NCBI GenBank assembly: GCA_964587725.1
Contig: CAZPLO010000007.1
Span: forward strand, 1 to 35,083
Length of the DNA: 35,083 bases
Direction: 5' to 3'
DNA from: an uncultured archaeon
GTDB taxonomy: Archaea; Altiarchaeota; Altiarchaeia; IMC4; SCGC-AAA252-I15
The notes beneath the pieces were generated by a model, which was not told the DNA's origin, ran no database searches, and worked only from the letters and a program-made list of their open reading frames with translations. A program made the translations under genes and the position numbers. Positions 17,430-26,040 of the stretch are shown in pieces. Position 1 is the stretch's first letter; every line of letters starts with the position of its first letter.

Positions 17430-18044
17430 CTATTTTTTCTCCAGCAGCCGGGTCACAGCCTCCACCGTCTCCGGCTCCCCTATGACGTGCTCCGGACGGA
17501 CGACCAGACGGTAGCCGCGCCCCATATGTTCGGTCCCCTCCTTGGGCGGGCTTCCAACAGGCAGGTGGAGTTCAAGCGCATTAGGCAGGGTTTTCTCCAG
17601 CATCTCGGGGTTGTTGCATTCCACGAAGTTGATGCCCAGGCTTTCCGGGTCCTTGATGGTCTGGCCTTCGAGGCCTGTGTTCTCTTTTATCCTTTTCTCG
17701 AGCAGACGTGAGGGTTTGGCGACGCGTTCGTAGTTGGTGACTTGGGAGCGGTAGGATTTCCCCTCCTCGGGCGGCGGCAGCTCCGACGTGTCCAAGACCG
17801 TGATGAAGTCCACGTCCCCTGGCATCTTGTTCCCCCTGGTCAGGCTGCCGTAGAGTATCACCGCCTTGAGGGTGGCGCAGTCGTCCATTTCCGCGGTCTT
17901 GCCCATGACGTCGGCCACCGCCGCGACGACGCCGTCGAATATCTGGCGCAGCCGCCTCTGCTTTGCGGGTTCGAGGTTTTTGAGCCCCGGCATCACCGTC
18001 TCCAGGTCAGGGTGTGACATGCGTTCAGAAGGTTTGATTACCAT
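17430..18044 (-). CDS. Pol-beta superfamily nucleotidyltransferase-domain protein
   Basis: VILYGSLTRG...PGDVDFITV (hG[GS]x9-10DhD). Start uncertain (18044, 18020 or 18074). Confidence 0.7.
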   Translation of the reverse strand: MVIKPSERMSHPDLETVMPGLKNLEPAKQRRLRQIFDGVVAAVADVMGKTAEMDDCATLKAVILYGSLTRGNKMPGDVDFITVLDTSELPPPEEGKSYRSQVTNYERVAKPSRLLEKRIKENTGLEGQTIKDPESLGINFVECNNPEMLEKTLPNALELHLPVGSPPKEGTEHMGRGYRLVVRPEHVIGEPETVEAVTRLLEKK

Positions 18045-18125
18045 TGGTGTTATAAGACACGGAAGGACACACATATAAATAATTTAAAAATATTATCAAT
18101 TATTTTGAAAGAAGTATAAATTATT

Positions 18126-18887
18126 TTAAATTCTTTTCTGCTGGCCCTGGACTACCACGCCCTCGCCCTCCGCCAGCTGCATCACCAGCGGCTTCAATGT
18201 GTGGTCTATGCCACGCATCTTAATCACCTTCACGGTCCGCATGTCCAAGGCCTCGTTCACCTTCAACTCTATGACCCCGTCGACGGTGAAGTTGATGAAC
18301 CCGTATTTGTCGTCTTCGTCGCCTGTTTTTTCGCTGAGCGTGTAGGTTGTGATGTCCTCCTTCTTCAGCAGCACCATAATCTTGGAGACGGTGCGGCGCA
18401 GCTCCTCCACGTCCTTCTGACCCGACAGGTCATAGAACGTTGTCGCGAACGTCTGCAGGCCGTCGATTACGACCCGCTTGATGGTCTGCCCCCTGATGTC
18501 CAGTATCTTGTCCTCGACGTATGCTATGGAATCCACGCGCTCCTTGGAGGGGATGGTGACTTTCTCGTCCCCCACCACCTTCTCCCTGTCATGGTATGTG
18601 TGGTGGGGGCTGAAGTCCATTATCTGAATAATGCCGTTGTCCACATGCTCCCGGAGGTCGGGGAAGAACTTGCTCCCGTACTTTATTATCTGCTCGCTGG
18701 ACTCCTCAAAAGTCAGGTACATGCCCTTCTGGCCTTCACGCGCGCCCTGAACCAGGAACTGAAGAGACACCGTGGTCTTCCCGGTGCCTGTCGCGCCGGA
18801 CACCAGTATGTTAACACCGTGGTAGACGCCGCCATCCAATACCTCATCCAGTCCGGCGACGCCAGTGGAGAACCGCTCATCAGCCAT
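18126..18887 (-). CDS. Single-domain KaiC/RAD55-family ATPase
   Basis: STGVAGLDEVLDGG, GATGTGKT, YLTFEES, RVVIDGL, VDGVIEL, VIKMRG. Confidence 0.92.
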   Translation of the reverse strand: MADERFSTGVAGLDEVLDGGVYHGVNILVSGATGTGKTTVSLQFLVQGAREGQKGMYLTFEESSEQIIKYGSKFFPDLREHVDNGIIQIMDFSPHHTYHDREKVVGDEKVTIPSKERVDSIAYVEDKILDIRGQTIKRVVIDGLQTFATTFYDLSGQKDVEELRRTVSKIMVLLKKEDITTYTLSEKTGDEDDKYGFINFTVDGVIELKVNEALDMRTVKVIKMRGIDHTLKPLVMQLAEGEGVVVQGQQKRI

Positions 18888-19076
18888 TACAGTAAAATAT
18901 TTCACCCGGGAGAGTATAAAAGGGGGGGCCGCCGAAGCCACAGGGCCGCCTTCAAGGCCTTTCCCGGCCGCGGAGCCCGCACGGCAGATGCAATCCCGAA
19001 CACAACAAAGAAGAATACGAATCCGATTAAAAACACCTTACGGTAGAGGAGGGGAAAAATAAAGGTGGGTGAGGGG

Positions 19077-20447
19077 TTACTTCCCCTTCACCTTCGGCAG
19101 GTTCTTCAGACTCTGCTCTATCAGCTCCGTGGGGTACTCGTAGTCCACGAGCTCGCCCTTCAGGTACGCGTCATACGCGGCGAGGTCGAAGTGGCCGTGT
19201 CCGCTGTTGTTGAAGAGTATGACCTTCTCCTCACCGGACTTCTTGCACTCCTTGGCGGCCTCTATGGCTGCGTGGACGGCGTGGGCGGTTTCAGGCGCCA
19301 CAATGAAGCCTTCGGTCTCCGCGAACAGTCTGGCAGCGTCGAAACACTCCAGCTGATGGTAGGCTTCCGCCCGCATTATGCCCTCGTTCACCAGCATACA
19401 AAGCTGGGGGGCGTCGCCGTGGTATCTCAGCCCCCCGGCGTGTATGGGCTTCGGGATGAAGTCGTGGCCGAGGGTGTACATCCTCACCACCGGCGCCATC
19501 TTCGCGGTGTCGCCGTAGTCGTACGCGTACAATCCCTTCGTCAGCGTGGGACACGCCATAGGCTCCGCAGCCAAGATGTCGACGTCCTCGTTTTTGCCTG
19601 TGAGTTTGTCGTGGGCGAACGGGAACGCCATCCCGCTGAAGTTGCTTCCGCCGCCGCAGCATCCGATCACCATGTCCGCCTTCTCCTCGCCGGCGACCTC
19701 CAGCTGCCTCTTAGCCTCTATTCCCACAACCGTCTGGTGCATGCACACGTGGTTCAACACGCTCCCCAGGCTGTAGTGGGTGTTCTCGGCCTTGACCGCG
19801 TCCTCCACCGCCTCGCTGATTGCGAGGCCCAGGCTGCCGGGGCAGCCGGGGTCCTTGGCGAGCATCGCCTTCCCCGCCTCCGTGAGGTTGCTGGGGCTGG
19901 GAACCACCTTCGCACCCCACGTCTCCATCATGACTCTGCGGTAAGGCTTCTGCTCGAAACTGCATTTCACCATGTATATCATGCACTCGAGGTCGAACAG
20001 CTTGCACGCGAACGCTAGGGAGCTGCCCCACTGGCCTGCGCCGGTTTCGGTGGCAAGCCGCTCCGTACCCTCCTTCATGTTGTAGTATGCCTGGGGGACG
20101 GCGGTGTTGGGTTTGTGGCTGCCGGGAGGCGACACGCCCTCCCACTTATAGTATATCTTCGCCGGCGTCTTCAGCTTCTCCTCCAGGCGGCGGGCCCTGT
20201 ACAGCGGCGAAGGCCTCCACAGGCGGTATACGTCCCGCACCTCATCCGGAATGTCCACGTACCGGTCGGTGCTCATCTCCTGCTTAATCAGCTCCATCGG
20301 AAACAGCGGCGCCAAATCCTCCGGCCCCACCGGCTCCAGCGTCGCCGGATGCAGCGGCGGATCCAGCGGCCGCGGCAAATCAGCGTTTATGTTATACCAC
20401 TTCTTCGGAATCTCGTTCTCGTCCAAAACAAACTTGACATCATCCAT
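19077..20447 (-). CDS. trpB2: Tryptophan synthase beta chain type 2 (stand-alone TrpB2)
   Basis: [50 protein letters not shown]; SD GGTGA 6 nt before the ATG. Confidence 0.96.
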   Translation of the reverse strand: MDDVKFVLDENEIPKKWYNINADLPRPLDPPLHPATLEPVGPEDLAPLFPMELIKQEMSTDRYVDIPDEVRDVYRLWRPSPLYRARRLEEKLKTPAKIYYKWEGVSPPGSHKPNTAVPQAYYNMKEGTERLATETGAGQWGSSLAFACKLFDLECMIYMVKCSFEQKPYRRVMMETWGAKVVPSPSNLTEAGKAMLAKDPGCPGSLGLAISEAVEDAVKAENTHYSLGSVLNHVCMHQTVVGIEAKRQLEVAGEEKADMVIGCCGGGSNFSGMAFPFAHDKLTGKNEDVDILAAEPMACPTLTKGLYAYDYGDTAKMAPVVRMYTLGHDFIPKPIHAGGLRYHGDAPQLCMLVNEGIMRAEAYHQLECFDAARLFAETEGFIVAPETAHAVHAAIEAAKECKKSGEEKVILFNNSGHGHFDLAAYDAYLKGELVDYEYPTELIEQSLKNLPKVKGK

Positions 20448-20549
20448 CTGCAATCACCTGGGATGAGAATAGATTACGAACACACAATAAAAACACATGA
20501 ATGCACGGAAACGGACATATTTTAGGGATTGGGTCGCATATTCTAGGGT

Positions 20550-21062
20550 ATGAGGAGGCTGGATGGACTACCGCCTGAGGAAATAAGAGCCGAGTATGAT
20601 AGGTCTGTGAAGCGCGCCGCAGAGGCGGAGAGGGGGGGCGGGCTGGCTTTGTCGGCGTCCCAACACAGTTTCGCAGGGGAGGCCGCCAGCAGGATGGGGA
20701 TGGCGACGGAGGCTTATGGACACTATAACACGGCCGCCGACTACGCAGAACAGCTGCTGAAGAACCCATCCGATGCACGGGAAAGGGAGGATTACGGGTT
20801 GGATGCGGCCTACTGCAGATTGAACGCGGGCAGAAACGCCTTCACCGCGGGACACATGACGGACGACCCTGGCGAGAAGGACGAGTGGTGGATGAGGGGC
20901 GTCGGCCAGCTGTGCGACTGCAAAGCCCACATCAACCAGCTCAAGTCACAGGGGGTTCCGGTGGATAGGATACGCAGTAGGTTCACTGGATCCCTGGAAC
21001 GCATAAGGGACCCTGTCGTTGAAGAAATGCTGGCCGACGGCAGACGGAAGCTGACCCACTAA
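20550..21062 (+). CDS. Hypothetical all-helical (TPR/SNAP-like) protein
   Basis: 170-aa ORF filling the trpB2-trpA gap, with Ala/Tyr-patterned helices (AYGHYNTAADYAEQ; AAYCRLNAG); its stop overlaps the trpA stop. Confidence 0.6.
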   Translation: MRRLDGLPPEEIRAEYDRSVKRAAEAERGGGLALSASQHSFAGEAASRMGMATEAYGHYNTAADYAEQLLKNPSDAREREDYGLDAAYCRLNAGRNAFTAGHMTDDPGEKDEWWMRGVGQLCDCKAHINQLKSQGVPVDRIRSRFTGSLERIRDPVVEEMLADGRRKLTH

Positions 21063-21823
21063 CCGCACGCCGCCTTCATCTGTTTGACTAATGACTTGAT
21101 TTTCTCCCTGTCACCATTTGCAACCAGTTTCACTATTGCGCTGCCGACTATTGCGGCGTCCGCGCCGTATGAAATGACTTCCCTGGCGTGGTCGGGGGCG
21201 GATATGCCGAACCCCACCGCAACAGGCAGGCTGGTGTGTTTCTTAACCCGCTTAATCAGCTTCTTAAGGTTTTTCGACACCTTCTCCCGCGCCCCCGTAG
21301 TGCCTAACAGGGCTACGACGTAGACGAACCCCGACGCCCTGGAAAGTATCTTGTCCAAACGTTCATCAGGGGTGGTCTCTGACACGAGGAAGATGAAGTC
21401 GACGCCCTGGTTCCGTAGTTCACGGGTGAAGGAGCCCGCCTCCTCCACCGGGAGGTCGGGGACGATGACTCCTTCGACGCCGGAGTGGTAGCACTTCACC
21501 GCGAACCTCCGCAGACCATACTGCAGAATGAGGTTGTAGTAGGTGAGGCACACCAGCGGCGTACCGTATTCCTTGCTTATCCTAGACGCGAGTTTGAAGT
21601 ATTCGTCGGTGTTCATGCCGGCCTCCAGCGCCCGCTGGCCGGCGGCCTGTATGGTGGGGCCGTCCGCAATCGGGTCCGAGAACGGGAGACCCAGCTCCAA
21701 CACGTCCGCCCCCGACCCGATAATGTCGCATGCAATCTCATATGAGTCCTCCACCGACGGGTCGCCTGCGGTGATGAACGCGATGAACTTTCCGCCGCCC
21801 TTCAACGCCTTCTCCAGCCTCAC
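21059..21823 (-). CDS. trpA: Tryptophan synthase alpha chain
   Basis: [52 protein letters not shown]. Confidence 0.97.
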   Translation of the reverse strand: MRLEKALKGGGKFIAFITAGDPSVEDSYEIACDIIGSGADVLELGLPFSDPIADGPTIQAAGQRALEAGMNTDEYFKLASRISKEYGTPLVCLTYYNLILQYGLRRFAVKCYHSGVEGVIVPDLPVEEAGSFTRELRNQGVDFIFLVSETTPDERLDKILSRASGFVYVVALLGTTGAREKVSKNLKKLIKRVKKHTSLPVAVGFGISAPDHAREVISYGADAAIVGSAIVKLVANGDREKIKSLVKQMKAACG

Positions 21824-22989
21824 AATTCCACCCCCAGGGCGTCGGCTATGGTGTGGACGTCCTTGTCGCCGCGCCCCGACAGATTCACCACCACCGTCTT
21901 ACCCTTCAGCTTCTTCCGGTCCTTCATCACGTACGCGATGGCGTGGGCGCTTTCGAGCGCGGGGAGTATGCCTTCGAGTTCGCACAGCAGGGTGACCGCC
22001 TCAACCGCTTCGTCGTCTGTCGCGTACGCGGTCTTCATCCTGCCCGTAGCCTGAAGGTGGCTTAGCTCCGGTCCGACGCCAGGGTAATCAAGGCCTGCGC
22101 TGATGCTGTGTGAGATTCTTATCTGGCCGTAGCTGTCCTGCAACAGTTTGCTGTGCATGCCGTGGAGTACGCCGTCGGTGCCCTCGCACAATGTGGCGCC
22201 GTGTTTACCGGACCTTATGCCGTGGCCGCCCGCCTCCACGCCGACGAGTTCGACTTCTTCTTTGATGAAGTCGTAGAACAACCCCATGGCGTTGCTTCCG
22301 CCTCCGACGCACGCCACCAGCACGTCCGGCAGACGAGGCTCCACCCCCCTTATCTGACGCTTAGTCTCCCTGCCTATCACACGCTGGAACTCCCTGACAA
22401 CCGTCGGATACGGGTGGGGTCCGACGACGCTGCCGATGCAGTAGTATGTGTCGTAGACGTTCGCCAACCAGTCCCTCATCGCCTCGTTCGTCGCGTCCTT
22501 CAGCGTGCAGGAGCCGGAGGTTACTGGAATGACCTTCGCGCCCATCAGCTCCATCCTGAACACGTTCAGCCTCTGGCGTTCGATGTCTTCAGTGCCCATG
22601 TACACCTCGCACTTCAGGTTCAAACGGGCTGCCGCGATGGCGGTTGCGACGCCGTGCTGGCCCGCCCCCGTCTCCGCTATGACGCGCTTCTTCCCCATCT
22701 TCCTGGCCAGCAACACCTGGCCGAGGGTGTTGTTGAGTTTGTGGGCTCCGCCGTGCACCAGATCCTCCCGCTTCAAATACACCTTCACGCCCAAGTCCTT
22801 CGAAAGGTTCTCGGCATGATACAAGGATGTGGGGCGGCCCGCGAACCTCTTCAACAACGTGTTGAGCTCGCCCTTGAACCCCTGGTTCCGCCTGTACAGC
22901 TTGAACGCCTTGTCGAGTTCCTCCAATGCTGGCATCAACGTTTCGGGGGCGTATCTGCCGCCGTATCTCCCGAACTTCCCTACAGGCAT
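21820..22989 (-). CDS. trpB: Tryptophan synthase beta chain type 1
   Basis: [63 protein letters not shown]. True start is ATG 22989; the longer ORF is a shadow over trpF. Confidence 0.97.
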   Translation of the reverse strand: MPVGKFGRYGGRYAPETLMPALEELDKAFKLYRRNQGFKGELNTLLKRFAGRPTSLYHAENLSKDLGVKVYLKREDLVHGGAHKLNNTLGQVLLARKMGKKRVIAETGAGQHGVATAIAAARLNLKCEVYMGTEDIERQRLNVFRMELMGAKVIPVTSGSCTLKDATNEAMRDWLANVYDTYYCIGSVVGPHPYPTVVREFQRVIGRETKRQIRGVEPRLPDVLVACVGGGSNAMGLFYDFIKEEVELVGVEAGGHGIRSGKHGATLCEGTDGVLHGMHSKLLQDSYGQIRISHSISAGLDYPGVGPELSHLQATGRMKTAYATDDEAVEAVTLLCELEGILPALESAHAIAYVMKDRKKLKGKTVVVNLSGRGDKDVHTIADALGVEL

Positions 22990-23621
22990 GCCGTCACCTC
23001 CATGAACTTCCTCACCTTCTCCGGGTCCTTTTTCCCCGGTTCGGATTCGACGCCGCTGGAAACGTCCACCGCATACGGCTTCACCGCCTTCACCGCGTCG
23101 GCTACGTTGTCGGGGTTCAGGCCGCCCGCCAGTATGATGCGCTTCCCCGTCTCCTCCCTTATCTTCCTGTCCAGGCCGTAGTCGTGCTGGGCGCCGGTGC
23201 CTCCGACTTTCCCGCCTGCTTTGGTGTCGAGCAGCAGCATGTCCGCGTACTCGGAAACGGATTTCACATAGTCCATGTCCACGTCGTCTGAAACGTGGAT
23301 GGACTTTATTATCCTGCAGCTTACGCGCTCCTGCAGCTCCCTGAGGAAGTCCTGTGACTCGGTGCCGTGCAATTGCACGCCGTCCGGCTCCAGCCGGACG
23401 CACGCGTCAACCACTTCGCCGACCGTCTCAGGCATCAGCACCGCTATGAACGTGTGGCTTATGTGGGATACTGAATCCCGTATCTCGGCGGCGCGCTCCA
23501 ACGTTATCTTGCGCGGAGTCTCCACAGGCACACCTATTATGACGCCGATTGCGTCGGCGCCGGCCTCCAACACCATCCCCGCATCCCCCTGGCTGGTGAT
23601 GCCGCAGACTTTCACGTTCAT
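22980..23621 (-). CDS. trpF: Phosphoribosylanthranilate isomerase
   Basis: VKVCGIT, VQLHGTE, LLDT...[23 protein letters not shown]. Confidence 0.96.
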   Translation of the reverse strand: MNVKVCGITSQGDAGMVLEAGADAIGVIIGVPVETPRKITLERAAEIRDSVSHISHTFIAVLMPETVGEVVDACVRLEPDGVQLHGTESQDFLRELQERVSCRIIKSIHVSDDVDMDYVKSVSEYADMLLLDTKAGGKVGGTGAQHDYGLDRKIREETGKRIILAGGLNPDNVADAVKAVKPYAVDVSSGVESEPGKKDPEKVRKFMEVTACL

Positions 23622-24331
23622 CCAATCAGCTCCCTGATTTTTTCGGCGATATTCTCGGATTCCATGACCGCGGTGCCGACGAGCACCGCCTTCGCACCGG
23701 CCTTCCTCATCCGCTCCACATCTTCCCTGGATTTCACACCGCTTTCAGCCACCAGAATGCGGTCTCCGGGTATCATAGATGAGAGATGCTCCGTAGTGCC
23801 TAACTCTATGCCGAGGGATTCGAGGTCCCTGTTGTTGACTCCAATCAACTTCGCCGTTGAAGCGAGGGCGTGGCATAAATCCTCTTCCCCGTGCACCTCC
23901 ACCAGGCACTCGAGGCCGAGGTCGCGGGCCATGACCACGTAGTCGGCAGTCTTCCCCCCCAGTATCGACGCAATCAGCAACACCGCGTCTGCGCCGTACA
24001 GTGCGGACTCCGTCAGCTGCCGTTCATCCACTATGAATTCCTTCCGCAAAACGGGAACCTCGACAGCCTTCTTCACGGCCGACAAATCCTGCAGGGAGCC
24101 GCCGAAGTACGTCGGCTCCGTTAACACTGAAATCGCGGAGGCTCCGGCGGCCTCCATCTCCAACGCAGCCTCGACAGCGTCCACGTCGCGTATGTCGCCC
24201 CTGCTGGGGCTGCGGCGCTTAACCTCCGCAATCAATGAAACGCGGTCGGATTCCAACGCATCCACCAGGCTACGCCGCCGGAACGAAAACGCCTCACGCT
24301 TCTCGCCCGCGACCTTGTCGAGGAAATTCAT
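23618..24331 (-). CDS. trpC: Indole-3-glycerol phosphate synthase
   Basis: IAEVKRRSPSRG, ISVLTEPTYFGGS, PVLRKEFI, LVEVH, GVNNRDL, VAESG. Confidence 0.96.
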   Translation of the reverse strand: MNFLDKVAGEKREAFSFRRRSLVDALESDRVSLIAEVKRRSPSRGDIRDVDAVEAALEMEAAGASAISVLTEPTYFGGSLQDLSAVKKAVEVPVLRKEFIVDERQLTESALYGADAVLLIASILGGKTADYVVMARDLGLECLVEVHGEEDLCHALASTAKLIGVNNRDLESLGIELGTTEHLSSMIPGDRILVAESGVKSREDVERMRKAGAKAVLVGTAVMESENIAEKIRELIG

Positions 24332-25338
24332 TTCGTAGACTCTATGAACTCCTCCAGCTTATTATATGCGGCGCCGGAGTCAATGAGTTCCGCAGCCTTC
24401 TCAAGGCCGCCACCCATGTCCTTCTCCTCCCCTGCGACCATCAGTCCGGCGGCGGCGTTCAACAGCACGATATCCCTTTTCGCGCCCGCTTCCGAGCCTG
24501 AGAGTATTTTGCGCAGTATGTCCGCGTTTTCAGGCGGGGAGCCGCCGACTATGTCCTCCAGTTCGGCCTTTTTTATCCCGTACTCTTCCGCGTCGACGAT
24601 GAACGACTTCACATTCCCGCCGGACAGTTCGCTGACGTTGGTGGCGCCGAGGTTGCTGAACTCGTCCAGCCCCGGGTCGCCGTGCACTACCATCGCGCGT
24701 TCGGAACCCAGCCCCTTGAAAACGTATGCGAGCTTCTCCGTCAACCCGCCGTCGAACACTCCCATAAGCTGCTTCTGGGCGCCGGCGGGGTTGGTGAGCG
24801 GCCCCAGTATGTTGAACACCGTCCGGATGCCTATCTGCTTCCGCGCAGGCATCACGTATTTCATGGCCGGGTGGTGCATGGGCGCGAACATGAAACCGAT
24901 GCCCGCGTCCTCTATGCACGCTTCAATCTCCTCCGGCTTCAGGTCTATGCGCGCACCCAATGCTTCGAGAACGTCGGCGCTGCCGCAGTTCGACGTGAGG
25001 CTGCGGTTCCCGTGCTTCGCCACAGATATCCCTGCCGCCGCCAGCACGAACATGCTGGCCGTGGACACGTTGAACGTGTTTTTGTGGTCTCCGCCGGTCC
25101 CGCAGACGTCCACCAACGCACCCTTCACCTCCGGATTTATCCTCACCGAATGGTCGCGCATCACCTTAGCGAACGCCGCAATCTCCTCCGGCGTCTCCTC
25201 CTTAATCTTCAGCGCCGTCAGAAACGCCCCCGCCTGCGCGTCACTGGCCTGCCCGGTCATAATCAGCGTCATAGCGTCCTCCGCTTCCGCGGGCGTCAAG
25301 TGCATGCCCGCGGACACCTTCCTTATGTACTCCTTCAT
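24328..25338 (-). CDS. trpD: Anthranilate phosphoribosyltransferase
   Basis: DVCGTGGD..TFNVST, KHGNRS..S..GSADVLEALG, RTVFNILGPLTNP, GLDE. Confidence 0.97.
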   Translation of the reverse strand: MKEYIRKVSAGMHLTPAEAEDAMTLIMTGQASDAQAGAFLTALKIKEETPEEIAAFAKVMRDHSVRINPEVKGALVDVCGTGGDHKNTFNVSTASMFVLAAAGISVAKHGNRSLTSNCGSADVLEALGARIDLKPEEIEACIEDAGIGFMFAPMHHPAMKYVMPARKQIGIRTVFNILGPLTNPAGAQKQLMGVFDGGLTEKLAYVFKGLGSERAMVVHGDPGLDEFSNLGATNVSELSGGNVKSFIVDAEEYGIKKAELEDIVGGSPPENADILRKILSGSEAGAKRDIVLLNAAAGLMVAGEEKDMGGGLEKAAELIDSGAAYNKLEEFIESTK

Positions 25339-25913
25339 TTTTTCACACCCAAAAAGTTTTCTATGATTTTTTTCCCGTCGACTGTGAGTATGGACTCGGG
25401 GTGGAACTGCAGCCCGTACAGGGGGTAGTCTCGGTGCTCCAACACCATCACCTCATTGTCGTCGACGCTCCTCGCAGTCGCAACAAGCTCGCCCGGCAGG
25501 TCGTCGACGACGAGGGAATGATACCGTGTGGCCTCCAGGGGATTCACCATGCCCTTCAGCAGTCCCGTGCCGTCGTGCTCTACCCTGCTGACCTTCCCGT
25601 GCATCAATGTCCGCGCATTCCTTATTGTGGCGCCGTGGCAGTATCCGATGCACTGGTGGCCGAGGCACACGCCCAGAAGCGGCGTTTTCGGTCCGTACTC
25701 GCGGATCACATAGTTGGAGACGCCCGCGTCCTCCGGCCTCTTCGGCCCGGGACCCACTATGATGTGTGAGACGTCGCCTGCGGACATGATGTCGTCTATA
25801 GCCTGTTCGCCGACCCGGTTGTCGACCACCACGGGGTTGCCGCCCAGCTCCCCCACGTACTGCACCAGTATGTACACGAACGAGTCGATGTTGTCTATGA
25901 CAAGGGTTCTCAT
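25335..25913 (-). CDS. trpG: Anthranilate synthase component II (glutamine amidotransferase)
   Basis: IDNIDSFVY, GPGPKRP, LGVCLGHQ, RYHSL, QFHPES; start ATG at 25913. Confidence 0.96.
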   Translation of the reverse strand: MRTLVIDNIDSFVYILVQYVGELGGNPVVVDNRVGEQAIDDIMSAGDVSHIIVGPGPKRPEDAGVSNYVIREYGPKTPLLGVCLGHQCIGYCHGATIRNARTLMHGKVSRVEHDGTGLLKGMVNPLEATRYHSLVVDDLPGELVATARSVDDNEVMVLEHRDYPLYGLQFHPESILTVDGKKIIENFLGVKK

Positions 25914-25957
25914 CCGTCCACCCCCAGCGCCTTCAACAGCGCCCGCCCCTTGTTCAT
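25910..25957 (-). repeat. Stranded duplicate of the trpE 3' end (MNKGRALLKALGVDG*)
   Basis: Encodes the same first 13 of the last 15 residues as 26041-26088, 131 bp away. Its TGA overlaps the trpG ATG (ATGA). Confidence 0.93.
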
Positions 25958-26006
25958 GCACGGCTCGCTCCGTGCACACGCGTGAGCGACCTCGCTACGC
26001 TCGGTC
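25957..26006. repeat. Cluster of short GC-rich hairpins (REP-like)
   Basis: TGCACGG-ctcgct-CCGTGCA (25957-25976), CACGCGTG (25977-25984), GACC-tcgctacgctc-GGTC (25988-26006). Confidence 0.6.
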
Positions 26007-26040
26007 CCTCTGAGATTCGCCGCCAAAGCCACACATAAAT

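Noticed and set aside
18921-18960. Archaeal SECIS-like hairpin (GAA-GCC...GGC)
   Set aside because: It lacks the opposing A and a long lower stem, and no nearby gene has an in-frame TGA at a Cys position
19065-20018. Long antisense ORFs over trp and orp genes (also 22153-23181, 24344-25366, 26500-27465, 29437-30966)
   Set aside because: Antisense shadows expected from strong GC3 codon bias; the opposite strand carries recognisable conserved genes
22990-23403. Apparent 138-aa N-terminal extension of TrpB
   Set aside because: It overlaps trpF in another frame; TrpB homology begins at ATG 22989
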